64,000 nucleotides of DNA, taken from assembly GCF_036365525.1 (NCBI RefSeq), contig NC_090385.1, forward strand, positions 52,782,581-52,846,580, given 5' to 3'. A program made the position numbers and the translations under genes. Positions within the stretch are counted from its first letter, which is position 1. Every line of letters begins with the position of its first letter. The notes beneath the pieces are model-generated. The model saw only the letters and a program-made list of their open reading frames with translations, searched no databases and had not been told where the DNA came from. Of this stretch, positions 1 to 13,338 are shown in pieces. Source of the stretch: Heterodontus francisci (Eukaryota).

Positions 1-1746
1 TCCACACCTGCATGCTATGTGCAGCTTTCATCTTTTCTTATTTCGCCGACAGTTTGTCCTGGATTGATGAAGATTTCATGAAATGATGACTTGGAAGAGT
101 TGTCTTCACTTGCCTTCCAAACATAATTTCCGCAGGTGATGATAATCCTGTATCAATTGGTGTCACCCTTAAGTGCAACATGGCTATGTGAAGAATCTTA
201 GTTTCTTGACACTTCACAATCAATGACTTGACTGTACACACAATTCTTTCTGCTAGGCTGCTTGACCTAGGGTAGGTCGGTAACAATGTAACATGGTTCA
301 CAACCCACTTCTCACACATGTTTTGGAATAGTTTGGTGGTTTATTGCAGGCCATTATCCAACACCATCTCCTCCAGGGGACCAACTAAACTGAAGATTGC
401 GCTGATAGTGTTAGCAACTGATGCGCTTGATGTTGCTCAATTGGATTATGGGAAACTTGGAGAAGTAGTCGGTAATCAATAGAAAATTGTGACCTTTAAT
501 GGAGAAGAGTTCAGTGGCTATCTTTGACTAAGGATGTGATGGGATTTTGTGTGGAACGAGTGGCTCTTTATGTTGGCTTGGTTGATGTTCATGCATCACA
601 TAACTGTACTGCTCGCCCGATGACTGTTAATTCCTGGCCAATAGACTGTTTCATGTGCAAGTCTTCTGGACTTCAACACCCATATGATCTTGGTGCAACT
701 GTGACAGAATGTCAAACAAAGCATTTGCAGAATTAACACTTGTCTTCCTTTGAAGTTAGCGCCATTTAGACACTCCCAACTCATCTCAGTATGGCCAGAA
801 GGTTCTGAGTTCTGGAGGAACCTTTTGTATCGTGTCAGGCCATCCTATGACAATGAGTTGCCATAGCTCTTTTAGAATTGGATCTTTGGAAGTCTCTTCC
901 TGTAGTTCATGTTTCCTTTGTCTGAAACGCATTAAATCTATCTGGTATACATCTTCCAGCTCTAGGATGACTTTGTCAACTTGGACATCTAATGGAATGT
1001 CTTTACATTTTCTGGGATTGGGCAATCTGCTTAGCATGTCAGTAGTCACCGTAAGATTTCCAGGCTTATATCTGATTTCGCAGGTGAACCCTTGCACCTT
1101 AATTAATAGCTGTTGTAATCAAGGTGGCTCTGGTGAGTGGTTTTTGTCATATCACCACCAGTGGTTTGTGATCTGTCTCAACTAGTAAATGTTTGCCAAA
1201 AAGATAAAGTGCGAAACCTTGTGATCTCGAATACCAGTGCTAGTGTTTCCCTTTCTGTGTTGGAATAGTTGGCTTTGTGGGCGATAAACCTTTCAAACCA
1301 AAAGCAATTGAATGACCTTCTTGCAACAGGCATGCTCCGAGACCTTTTGCAAAGCATCTACTTCAAAAATGGTATCTTTATTCGAGTCATAATACAGCAA
1401 ATATGCTTCTGTCAACAGTGACTGCTTCAGCAAATTGAATGCATGCTGGTGGTCCTTGTGCTACAGATATGGCTTATCATTTTTGAGGAGTTCCCTTAGA
1501 GATGAAGACTTCTCGGAAAAATGAGATGCAGGGAGCTAGGAAGTTAAATAGACCAAGACATCTCTGTGAATCTTGCTGGTCTTGTGGACTAGGCATGGAC
1601 TGAATATTCTCTACCTTGCTGGGATCCAGTCTTATGCCTGTATCAGAGTAGATTTGAGCCCAAAAAGTTGATATGGCTCACATTAATGGCACACTTCTTG
1701 TTGTTGAATACAAGGCCTTCTTTACTGGCTGTTTGCATTAGGATGT

Positions 1747-2728
1747 TGTTACGGCCACGTGGTGTAGCATGGATGTTCCCACTGTCCAACTCCCCATCTG
1801 ACCACAGCAAGTGTAACAGTATTAGAGTGTTTAGTGCCTTTGTGTTTTATTTGTCAAATAAACAGAGTGATAGATTTCGTTGTAGGTTTTCAAAAACAGA
1901 AAGTCAATTGTTTATTGATCGATATGCCTTATCGTGAAATTGACACTACTGCATCATNNNNNNNNNNNNNNNNNNNNNNNNNNNNNNNNNNNNNNNNNNN
2001 NNNNNNNNNNNNNNNNNNNNNNNNNNNNNNNNNNNNNNNNNNNNNNNNNNNNNNNNNNNNNNNNNNNNNNNNNNNNNNNNNNNNNNNNNNNNNNNNNNNN
2101 NNNNNNNNNNNGAAGGTGATTTTTAGTGGGGGGAAAGATTACAATAAACCTGATGAATTCTCTCGAGAATCAATTTATACATGGATGCAGACCTGAGATG
2201 ATTGTAGATTTTTCTCTTGATTGAAGGTTCTGTTGAAAATGGTGGGTTACTTCTAGCTGTATACTGTAGACATAGGATATTTTCAGCAGGGCACTGTGCT
2301 TCCCGAGTTGGCTGAAACTCAAGCTGTTATAATTAGCTTAATCTCTGGATGTCTTTTTTTTTTAAAAAGGTGAAACTGTGTCACCTCTCACCTCCTGGTA
2401 GGAGATATTCTCCTCACTTCCCCATGGTGATTGCAGAACATGGCTACTTCACACCTCTTTTGATTCAGAAGATGACATTCAATTCTGGAATGTTTTTAGG
2501 ATAGGTGTATGATGGGTTTCATTATCACCTTTTGGCTTTGAAGATTTGTCCTTTGTCAGACTGTTTGAATACACAGAAGGCCAATCTCCTTTTACTTCGG
2601 TAGCCATTTTGGACCATTGTTCACTTTTAAAAATAAAGATGCATTTTTTAAAGACAAAGTCCATTTTTCATAACTGTTCAGAGTTAGTCCATGATTGTTG
2701 TATCATCACACTCCCAGTATGTGTGACA
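1747..2728. mobile_element. Solo-LTR-like insertion inside the Gypsy RT (spans the assembly gap)
   Basis: TGTTAC...GTGACA termini with a 4-bp TSD ATGT (1743-1746 and 2729-2732); the RT reading frame resumes across it. Confidence 0.75.
1958..2111. other. Assembly gap (154 N)
   Basis: Run of N. Confidence 1.
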
Positions 2729-3068
2729 ATGTGCAGATTCATGTCATGCTCTTCTTTTGTGCTGTCATTTGTAATACAGACACACCCTGAAACATTTCAG
2801 TAATATGATCCAGATGTTGCTGGAATAAATCCTGACTTATTGATAGACCAAATGGTAAGCACAATAAATAGTATCTCCCAAACAAAGTTCTGAAAGGCGT
2901 TAACTCCAGTAAACTTTCAGAGAGGTGTATTGCAGATCCGTGTTTTGCATCTAGCTTCGAAAAGAATTTGGCTCTGGCAAACTTTTGATTTGACTCTTCC
3001 AAAGTGGGGATTTTATGAGGACAATGTTTCAATGCCCAGTGCAGCCTTCTAGGGTTAAACATATCCTG

Positions 3069-3662
3069 CTAAAGCTAACATGCAGGTGCAGCAATTAGGA
3101 AGGCAAATGGTATGTTGGCCTTTATTGCAAGAGGATGTGAGTACAGGAGTAAAAATGTCTTGCTGAGGTCACATCTGGAGTATTGGGCACAGTTTTGGTT
3201 TCCTTACCTAAGGAAAGATATACTTGCCATAGAGGGAATGCAATGAAGGTTCACCAAACTGATTCCTGCGATGGCAGGATTGTCCAATGAGGACAGATTG
3301 AGGAGACTGGGCCTGTATTCTCTAGAGTTTAGAAGAATGAGAGGTGATCTCATTGAAACATACAAAATTCTGAAAGGGCTCGACAGGGTAGATGCAGGAA
3401 GGATGTTTCCCCTGGCTGGGGATCTAGAACCAAGGGACAGAATCTCAGAATAAGAGGTAGGCCATTTAGGACTGAGATGAGGAGGAATTTCTTCACTCAG
3501 ACGGTGGTGAATCTGTGGAATTCTCTACACCAGAGGGCTGTGGAGGCTCAGTCATTCAGTATGTCCAAGACAGAGATCAATAGATTTCTAAATATTAACG
3601 ATATCAAGGGGTATGGGGATAGTGCAGGAAAATGGCGTTGAGGTAGATCAGCCATGATCTAG
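3069..3662 (+). mobile_element. CR1 LINE 3' fragment; its tail resumes at about 7450-7505
   Basis: LGLYSLEFRRMRGDLIETYKIL C-terminal CR1 motif; 3' tail ...gaatggcctactcctgctcctatt displaced by the nested element. Confidence 0.88.
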
Positions 3663-6600
3663 TTAGGAACATAGGAGCAGGAGTAGGCTATTCAGCCCAT
3701 CAAGCCTGCCCCGGCATTCAAGATCATGGCTGATCATGGCTAATCATCCACTTCAATGCCTTTTTCCCCACACTAAACTCTAAACTCTAGAGAATACAGG
3801 CCCAGTTTCCCCAATTTCTCTTCATAGGACAGTCCTGCCATCCCTGGAACAAGTCTGGTGAACTTTTGTTGTGCATCCTCTATGGCAACACTATCCTTCC
3901 TAAGGTAAGGGGACCAAAACTGCACACACTACTCCAGGTGGTGTCTAACCAAGGTTCTATACAATGGAAGCAAGACTTCACTCCTCTTGTACTCAAATCC
4001 TCTTGCAATAAAGGCTAACATAGCTTTCAGTGACTTATTGACAAGGACACTCAAGCCCTTTTGTACATCTACACTTTCTAATCCCTTACCATTTAAGAAA
4101 TACTCTGCACATCTATTCCTCCTACCAAAGTGGATAACCACACATTTTTCCACATTATATTCCATCTGGCGCATTCTTGCCCACTCACTAGGTCTGTCCA
4201 AATCCCCTTGAAGTTGCTTTGCATCATCCACGCAACACACATTCCTACATAGTTTTGTGTCATCCTCGAACTTGGAAATATTACATTTGGTCCCCACATC
4301 CAAATCATTGATATATATTGTGAACAGCTGGGGCCCAAGCACTGATCCCTGCGGTACCCCACTAGTCACAGCCTGCCAGTGTGAGAATGATCCGTTTATT
4401 CCTACTCTCTGCTTTCTGCCTGTTAACAATCCTTAATCCATGTCAGTATATTACCTCCTATCCCATGTGCTTTAATTTTGCTAACCAACCTCCTGTGGGG
4501 GACTTTATCAAAAGCCTTCTGAAAATCCAAATATACCACATCCACCAACTCCCCTTCATCAATTCTGTTAGTAAAATCCTCAAAAAAACTCCAAAAGGTT
4601 CATCAAACACGATTTTCCATTCATTAAATCCATGTTGACTATACCCAATCAGATCATTATTATCCAAGTGTCCATTTATCACATTCTTTAGAATAAATTC
4701 TAGCATTTTTCCAATGACTGATGTAATTCCCTATTTTCTCTCTCCCTCCCTTCTTAAACAGTGGGGTTACATTTGCTACCTTCCAATCTGCAGAAACCAT
4801 TCCAGAATCTATAGAATTTTGGAAGATGATCACCAATGCATCCACTATCTCCGTAGCTACCTCTTTTAACACACTGGAATATCAGGTCCTGGGGACTTAT
4901 TAACCTTCAGCCCCATTAATTTCTCCAATACAACCTTCGTACTAATTTCTGTGATTCTGTGATTCAATTCCTCATTCTCCCTAATCCTTGGATCTCTTGC
5001 ATCTTCCTCAGTGAAGACAGACCCAAAGAAATCATTTAGCTTCTCTGCCATTTCTCTAATCCCCATTATCAATTCTCCTGACTCTGCCTGTAATGGACCC
5101 ACATTTGTCTTAGCCAAACATTTCCTTTTTATGTAGCTATAGAAGCTTTTACAGTGCTTGTGTTTTTGCTAGCTTACATTCATATTCTATTCTCCCTTTC
5201 TTCATCAGTTTCTTCATCCTCCTTTGCTGTATTCTAAAATCCTCCCCATCCTCAGGTTTACTACTATTTCTGACAACTTTATAGGCCTTTTCTTTTAATC
5301 TTATACAATCCTCAACTGCGTTTGTCATCCATGGTTGACTGCCTTTACGTTTGGGGTTTTTGTGCCTTGAAGGGATGTATAGTTGCTATAAACTATGTAA
5401 TAATTCTTTAAAGACAATCCATTGCCTATGTATTGTCATACCTTTTAATGTATTTTCCCAATCCACCTCAGCCAATTTGTCCCTCATACCTTCATAATTT
5501 TCTTTGTTCAAATTTAACACCCTGGCTTCAGATTGAACTAGCTCACTTTCAAACATAATGTAAAATTCTATCATATTATGGTCACTCATCCCTAAAGGTT
5601 CTTTTACAAGATTAATTAGCCCTTTCTCATTACATAATACTAGATCTAAAATAGCCTGTTCTCTGGTCAGTTCCTCAACATACTGCTCTAGAAAACCATC
5701 CCTAACACACTCCAGAAACTTGTCCTCCACAGCATTAGTGCCTATTAGGTTTACCCAGTCTATATGCAGATTGAAGTCACCCATGATTACTATATTACCC
5801 ATGCTATATGCTTCTCTAATCTCCTGATTAATACCATGCCCCACACACTACCATTACTGTTTGGTGGCCTATAAACAACTCCTACCAATGTTTGCTGCCC
5901 CTTAACTGTTTCTTTGCTTCACCCAGATTCCACATTTTGTTCTTCCAATCCGAGATCCTCCCTTACTAATGTACTGATTCCTTCTCTTATTATCAGTGCA
6001 ACACCACCTCCTTTTCCTTTTTGCCTGTCCTTCCTAAATGTCGAATATCCTTGAATATTCAGTTCCCAGTCTTGCTCACCCTGTAGCCACGTTTCCGTTA
6101 TGGCAATTAGATCATACCCATTTACCTCTATTTGTGCCTTTAAATCATCTGCCTTGTTGCGAATGCTGCGTGCATTCAGGTAGAGTGCCCTTAACCTTGT
6201 CTTCTTGGCATTAATCTGCATTCTAAGCCTAGTTGATGCTCGCTTTTGTTTCGCCTGCCTTCTAATGTTAGCTGATACTTCACTACCTCCTGTTACCAGC
6301 TTTACTTCCTTCCAATTTGAGCTACCTCTCAGGTTCCCAACCCCGATAAGCTAGTTTAAACCCTCCTCAACAGCACTGGCAAATCTCCCTGCGAGGATTT
6401 TAGTTCCGATCCTGTTAATGTGTAGCCTGTCCATCTTGTACAGGTTCCACCTGCCCCAGAACCGGTCCCAATGTCTCAGAAATCTGATTCCCTCACTCCT
6501 ACATCAATTCTCCAGCCACTTGTTCAATCAAATCAATCCTCCTATTCCTATGCTCACTCGCACATGGCACTGGGATTAATTGTGAGGTTACTGCTCAAGG

Positions 6601-7440
6601 TCCTGCTTTTTAATTTCCTTCATAACTCCCTAAAATCTGCTTTCAGGACTCATCCCTCCTCCTACCTATGTCGTTGGTACCAATTTGGACCATGCCCTCT
6701 GGCTGTTCCTGCAGCCCCTCCATGATATCCTTGACCCTGGCACTAGGGAGGCAACACACCATCCTGGAGTTACATTTACTGTCTGATCCCGACTATCGCA
6801 TCACCGGTCACTATTGCTCTTCCACTCTTCTTCCTCCCCTCCTGTGCAGCTGAGCCACCCATGGTGCCATGGACTTTGCTCTGGCTGCACTCCCCTAAGG
6901 AACCATCGCTCTCACCAGTATCCAAAATGGAAAACCGATTAGCAAGCAAGTTAGACTCAGGGGACTTATGCACCACGTGCCTGGTGGTCATCCATTCCCT
7001 CGCTGCCGGTATGTTCCTAACCTGTGGTGTGACCACCTCCCTAAACATACTATCCATGTAGTCCTCTGTCTAGCGGATGCACAAAGTGACTCCAGCCGCC
7101 ACTTGAGCTCTGAAACCCACAGCTCAAGCTTCTGCAGCCAGTGACACTTCCTGCAGATGTATTCGTCTAGGACACATGGTGCGCCCATGACTTCCCACAT
7201 ACTGCAGGACGTACATTCCACTTGGCCGAGCTGACCTGCCACACCATAACTTAAAAAAATTATTACAATGAGAAGTAGAATAACTTATCAGTTACTCACC
7301 AATCAGCTTCTTCCACTGTATCGAAGAGAGAGGCAGCTACTGGAGGCTGAAAAAAGGTGAGAGAGGGGGAGACAGAGAGAGGGAGAGGGAGAGAAAGGAG
7401 CCCCTCCCTCACTTACCAAACTCCCTTCTTTACACTCTGT
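3663..7440 (-). mobile_element. Near full-length decayed CR1 LINE (ORF1 zinc finger plus esterase-like domain, ORF2 APE-RT)
   Basis: ORF1 CTSCSMWE...CRKC and AIVTGDAIV; APE LNARSI..ITETW..GDFN..SDH; RT GVPQGSVLGP..FEDD. Confidence 0.93.
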
Positions 7441-8677
7441 GCCTCCAGCAATGAATGGCAGAGCAGGCTCGAGGGGCTGAATGGCCTACTCCTGCTCCTA
7501 TTTCCTAGGATGCCATCTTTTTTGATCACAGCTGTTACAGAGCTGCAACAATCTGCGTGCTGCTGAACACGCTGAATAATTCCTTGCCTTGCTCTAGTAT
7601 CCAGCTCGACTTTCCATTTGTCCCTGATGTGGATACTACATTTCCTTGGTGGATCTATCGAAGGAACTGCGTCATCACTCACATGTAGGAGAGCATTTCC
7701 TTTGAAACTTCCTACGGTGTCAAATCGGTCTGGGTACATTTGTTGCAAATCCTGGATGGATTCAATGGGGTCACATCTATTTTGATCCTGTGTCCTTGGC
7801 ACACTGCTGACTCATGGATTCGAAGCTTGCTACATATTGATAGCCCTGCAACTGCTGGACCATTGGTGTCAACAACGTAGATGACTTGTGGTGACCGCAC
7901 AGTTTCCATACCTGCACTCCAACATTGGTGAACCGTTTGTACGCAGTGAGTTTAGTCTTGGTAGGTTGTATCATGGCTCCCCATCTTGTCAAGTATATAT
8001 TCTTTAGTATTCTCAGTGGCAAAATATTTGCACTTGCCCCTGTATTGACCTCGAGTCGCAGCTTGTGCTGGCCACTCGTCTCTGGGCAGATGATGTCAAT
8101 GGTGGTGAATGCTTCCTGCTGTATAACCGCATCCATCTGGTGTGCAACTGTTACCGTGTGAAAAGCTTGTTCACCTTCAGTGCCTTCTTTATAGCTTACG
8201 TCCTTGTCTATCTTGTGGACATGAATGTGTTTAGATTAGCCTCTTACAAATGCATCCCTGTTGCTCCCACAAGGTGTGCGTGTTTCTCGTCAGGCCGTGG
8301 CCTGCTGTGACTTCTGATCAATTTTCCATTACCAGACCTCTTGCACAGCCTTGCCCAGTGCCCTTTCTTATCACACACCTTGCAGTTATCCATGTAAGCT
8401 GGACAGTTTCTTGGTTGGTGCATCACACTGCACTTGTCACATATTTTGCCTTGTTGAGGTGACCTGGTTTCCTCGCCTATGGTTGTTGTTCCAAGTGCTT
8501 TTGAGCACTGTCTGCTTGCAGCTATGGCCTCGAACTTCCTACCTTCTTTCAGGAGACTTTTGATGGCATACCCTTTTTCCTTGTCTAATAGTTCTTTCTG
8601 AAAAGCTTCTATCGGAGTTAGATGCAATCACCAATTCATTATCCGTTCGGATAACTCCACCTCCAAGAAATCACAGA

Positions 8678-8955
8678 CTTTGTGTGGAGTTTGCAAGTTC
8701 TCCCTGTGTCTGCGTGGGTTTTCTCCGGGTGCTCCGGTTTCCTCCCACAAGCCAAAAGACTTGCAGGTTGGTAGGTAAATTGGCCATTATAAATTGCCAC
8801 TAGTATAGGTAGGTGGTAGGGAAATATAGGGACAGGTGGAGATGTTTGGTAGGAATATGGGATTAGTGTAGGATTAGTATAAATGGGTGGTTGATGGTCG
8901 GCACAGACTCAGTGGGCCGAAGGGCCTGTTTCAGTGCTGTATCTCTAAACTAAAC
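8678..8955 (+). mobile_element. HE1/V-SINE-like SINE, 5'-truncated, inserted in the Gypsy gag
   Basis: V-domain core ttctccctgtgtctgcgtgggttttctccgggtgctccggtttcctcccac; CR1-like tail ending (TAAAC)n. Confidence 0.85.
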
Positions 8956-9915
8956 TTTTCCTTTCTCATGGCATCTGCTGACAAATTGATCGATAGCCTC
9001 CTGGGACTGCTGTCTGTATGCCATCAGTTGCAGACGATGGATTCTAAAATTAATCGAGACCTTCAGCTGCTCCTGTAATGTAGTCCAGAGTCTCACTGGG
9101 TCCTTCTGTTCCGCTTCAGATAGTCCTGAGGTGTTGATCCGATGCAGCCTTACATTGCCAATCATGATTTTTATTTTAATTGCTTGCTTGTCAAGCTGTG
9201 TGACAGCAAGATCCAAAAAGCACAACTCCATGCGCTATTTGGAGAGCTGAAGTTCGTGGAGATCTTGGATTTTCCAATTCATTGACGAGTATTTGGTAGC
9301 TGTGGTGCCACATTTCTGGTCCACAAGAATTCTTAGTTGTAGCTTTTCCCTTTTAATGGCTTACTGTCTTTTTTTGAGGCTTTCCCTGAAGGGAAAACAA
9401 ATTTCAGGTCTGCTGTGTCTACAGCGTCGGACTTCAGCCATGTCCTGAGCTCTGTGCCTATAGCACAAGCTTGCAGCCTGTGATCGGGCAGACTCCACCC
9501 ATGAAGCGATTATGGCAGCAAAGCACACTGTGCGTAATGATGGTGCTGTTCTGCAACCTCAACGTGAACTGACTCTGCTCACTTTTCCCGAGCCCAATTC
9601 CACCCGATTACTGCCTTTTCTTGCCAGCCACCACGCAAATAAACAACCGCCTTCATGTACTCATGCTCTCCTGAGCACTGAATTCATCAGATGGTCATTG
9701 AACCCGACAGTGTCATGCTGTCATCGCTACCTCCGACGATGCATCGTGTTGGCCTGTCTTCAATGATTCCGAAGGGAGAGATTGCTGTTCCTGATGTCTT
9801 GCTCAAGATCACTGACCCCATTGAACACTGTTGCTAAGCTTCTCTGCAGTACTGCTACTTCGATGTGTTCTGCTGCCTCCATGCTGTGGTCTTCAAATGC
9901 ACATCACTACCACCA

Positions 9916-10139
9916 TATTGTATTATTGCTTTCTTCAGCAATAAGGTACCAAACAATCTTGAGTTATGTGTTGTTAAATACAAGCTTCTTTATTGTGAAG
10001 GAACATGTTTACAAGCGATCTTTATCATACACAAGTGACTAGGTGACTAACATCTCCAACTGCTCAATCACATGTTGGTTGACATCACTTCCTGTGATGA
10101 TATAAGAGGTACTCAAACTGTTGAAGTAATATCACAACA
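9916..10139 (-). mobile_element. 5' LTR of the Gypsy element, followed by a primer-binding site
   Basis: Minus strand begins TGTTGT and ends ACAATA, followed by TGGTGGTAGTGATG, which resembles a decayed tRNA-Leu PBS. Confidence 0.7.
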
Positions 10140-10270
10140 GGAATGTCATTGATAAAGCAGTTGAGGATGGTTTTGCCTAGGACATTACCCTGAGGAACTC
10201 CTGCACCGATATCCTGGGGCTGAGATCATTGGCTTCCATCAACCAAAACCATCTTTCTGTGTGCTAGGTT
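10140..10270 (-). mobile_element. CR1-like RT fragment adjoining the Gypsy LTR
   Basis: Minus-strand translation AGVPQGNVLG..FIND. Confidence 0.65.
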
Positions 10271-10718
10271 TGCTATGCTCTTAAATGAGGGTAAATCCAC
10301 TGCATATAACTTAAAGTGATTGCACTCATACTCAGAACTTCATGACCTCTGGATCCATCAGGACAAATATTGTCAGTCCTCTATATGATTGCATCACTCT
10401 GAACATGAGGGCAATAGTAACTCTCCCATCTGTTGCAGGATAAAAATTGAAATTTTCACATTTCCCACTTGCCCAATTGACCATTATCCGATTGTGAGCA
10501 TAGACAGAGAGAGTCAGTCCGCTACTGAACAGAAGGGCATCACAGCCAAGTATAGTCTTGTCCTCACCCATTGTTCAAAATGTAGATAGCAATCAAGCTA
10601 TCCTTGTGGTTTTATTTTTCTTTCCTTAGCCCAGGGGAACGGAGGAAAATTGAAGCGCCTCTATTGCTGCATTGGCTAAAGATCAGCTCGCTCAGCACAA
10701 CACAGGGATTGAAATCAA

Positions 10719-10936
10719 AACAGAAAATGCAAGATAAATTCAGCAGGTCAGACAGCATTTATAGAGACAGAAACAGAGCTAATGTTTTAGGTCTGTGACT
10801 TTTCATCAGGTCATCGACTTGAAATGTTGCTAACTCTGTTTCTCTCTCCACAGGTGCTGTCTGACCTGCGAAGTATTTCCAGCATTTTCTGTTTTGATTT
10901 TAGATTTCCAGCATCGCAGTATTTTGCTTTTGTATT
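10719..10936. mobile_element. Short fold-back Penelope-terminus element
   Basis: Inverted arms of the Penelope terminal sequence; 15-bp TSD AGGGATTGAAATCAA (10704-10718 and 10937-10951). Confidence 0.8.
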
Positions 10937-11197
10937 AGGGATTGAAATCAAGTGGCTGTTCACTGGATGGAGCAGTTTGACCAGATCAGAGAGATTGACT
11001 GCCAAGGGAAAGGGACATACAAGGTGGTAGATTTAAATTTCAAGTTCACTTCTGCTAAACTTAAAGTTTTTTTTTGAAAAGCTGTAACCTTTGGCTATGT
11101 CTCATGTGGGGGTTTTATTATGTTTATCTCTTAGCAAAAAAAAACTAGTACCTTAGTACACTGTGTCAACTGTGAGTAAATTGATTTTAAAGTTAAC

Positions 11198-11346
11198 CTG
11201 CTTCTTCTATCTGCAAGCCACAGCTCATTGTTGACAAGTAACAAACTAGGGGTTGGAGACTGGTCTAGCCCAGGCCCAGGACCTGGCAAAACTCTTACTG
11301 TTTCAAAAGATGTTAAACCAGTGATGAGCACCATGAGATACTCCAT
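11198..11346 (-). CDS. Candidate first coding exon of an unidentified minus-strand gene (MEYLMVLITGLTSFETVRVLPGPGPGLDQSPTPSLLLVNNELWLADRRS...)
   Basis: Good acceptor (tttttttctattgctgcag|, exon starting 11350), ATG in aatATGG context, only one open frame, weak CAG|GTTAAC donor. No recognised homology. Confidence 0.25.
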
Positions 11347-12439
11347 ATTTCTGCAGCAATAGAAAAAAATGTTGCTGTAACTTTACCTCATTATTCCAAT
11401 AAAACAGAGTTTTTAAAAAATGACAAGTTATTGTTCAGCCTCCACGTTGTGCCAGAAATAGCACACTGCAATTAGAAAAAAAGTGACACAACTCTCTGCT
11501 AGTCAGAGAGCAATGCAGGGTCTGCAACTGTGTGATGATAACTGAATGGAATCTTCCACATCCTGTACTGTAACTGTGAAACGGGAGCAAGGCAACAGCA
11601 CGGAAGCTCCACATCTGATACTACAGTATTAACCACAGATCATACAATAAATTTCAACTGCAGCCCACGCCATGCTCACACAATGTTCAGCACGTTGTTT
11701 CCAGTGAATTATCTCAGTGTCTTGCTCCATCCTGCTGAATTAATTGGTCATAAAGCTGTGAGCAGGGAGCTAGGAAGAGAATGGAGACAGGGAAAGGAAT
11801 GTAGCTTTGGCCAAAGTATTGCAAATATGAGGCAGCAACCTCTGAAGCTATCCTGGCTAAAACATCTATGACTGAGATGCATTATAGAAATGTGGGGAAA
11901 GATGGGGGTTAGTAGTATCTAGCTGGGGTGCAGTCAGGCATGCACAAGAGTATGTGCCCCAGCTCCTCTATTCTGGGGAAAAAAAAATCACTAGACTGAT
12001 TCTTCAGCTCATTTGATCTCACCCTTTCAGAATACCAACCTCATAATCTTCTCAAGTTGGGTTGGACCATTTCTTTCCCACTGAAAACAGAAGTGGGAGA
12101 TTAACAGAATACTCAGAATAAGGTGCTTTCTGGAGTCTCCCTGATAATTTTTTAATCATTTCAAATGGTAAACTCCAAAAATACATCTTATTCTGAGTAT
12201 TACATAGCACAATATAATTAACATAATACCATGTAATATCCAGAATAAGATGTGTTTTGAAGTTTGCCATATAAAATTACACGCTTATCCACTCAAAAAA
12301 GTAACTAAATGAATTCATCAATACTGTTTATCTGTGGCAGGCATCACAATCTGAGTGAATAGATAGAATGGGTTGGCAGTAAGGGTGATTGAGGCCAGAA
12401 CACAACTCAATTAAAAAACCAGTACACGTTGGAATGTTT

Positions 12440-13020
12440 AACTGGAGAAATGTACTTGAATAATGTAGGCTGAAACTGTGGAGGGATTTGAAAGTGAGAG
12501 TGGTGCAAGGTTAGAATGATCTTCAGGAGAGTACTTGGGTTGCAGGATTCTTAATGAGCTGAAGTTTGTCAAGGATGGAGGTGGGCATGACAGCAAAAAG
12601 AGCATATGAGCAGTTGATACTTGAAATAATGAAGGCATGGGTAGTGGAGGGGTGGGGGGGGTGGGCGGTGGTGAGGTAGCAGTGTACCAGGCAATAGATC
12701 AGAAATGGAAGAAAGCAGCCGTGAAGACCAGATGTTGGATACAAAGTTCAGCTCAGGGTTGAACAGCATGCCAAGATTGTTGTGGAATACTGGCCTCACC
12801 TTAAGTGATGAGCTAATGAGGTTCACGCCACCAATACCAAAAGCACATAGGTGCTGGTAAGCATTGAGCAGGATGCCTTAAAATTTTCTGGCATTAAGCT
12901 GCAGGAAGTTAAGAATCATGCAAAGCCTGATGTTGCACAGGCAGTTTGAAAATACAACCAACAGTCTGGAGTCAAAGGTGGTTAGCAGAGAGGTAGATTT
13001 GAGTGTTATCATCATACATG
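12440..13020 (-). mobile_element. Old L2-like LINE fragment
   Basis: Degenerate L2 RT C-terminal motifs (NLGMLFNPELNF; HAFIISSIN..LQLIKN). Confidence 0.55.
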
Positions 13021-13257
13021 TGAAAACTGAATACCTCAGAAACACTCACTGCCCTCCTCCTTTATAACCTCAGTGGTTGTCGTTACCCATGCACATCTTA
13101 TAGCAGTGTATACAAAGAAGCATGGGTAACAACAACTGACATTTCAGTTAACACCAGTGCTTACCCAGTCTGAAAAAGGCCTGCATCTCCCCTCCCCACA
13201 ATGTGTTGCAGAATTGTAAAAAAGGAAGCAAATGCAAATTGCAAGCAAGTGGGTGGT

Positions 13258-13258
<1 letters not shown>

Positions 13259-13311
<53 letters not shown>

Positions 13312-13338
13312 GTGTGTGTTTGTGTGTGTGTGTGTACA
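13259..13338. repeat. Compound microsatellite (TA)n(TATG)n(TG)n
   Basis: Read directly from the sequence. Confidence 0.97.

Larger units (their letters stand above)
1..9915 (-). mobile_element. Decayed Gypsy/Ty3 LTR retrotransposon internal region, in fragments 1-1746, 2729-3068 and 7506-9915
   Basis: gag with zinc knuckles (CKVCDKKGHWARLC), protease (EVNTGASANILP), RT (FSKLDAKHG), RNase H region and integrase (AERIVCTVK..SPAEIMFGR) in protease-RT-RH-IN order; many frameshifts. Confidence 0.9.

Noticed and set aside
8244-9231. Gag ORFs as a domesticated retroviral-type gene
   Set aside because: Interrupted by a SINE and frameshifts, with a protease active site reading NTG rather than DTG; a decaying element.
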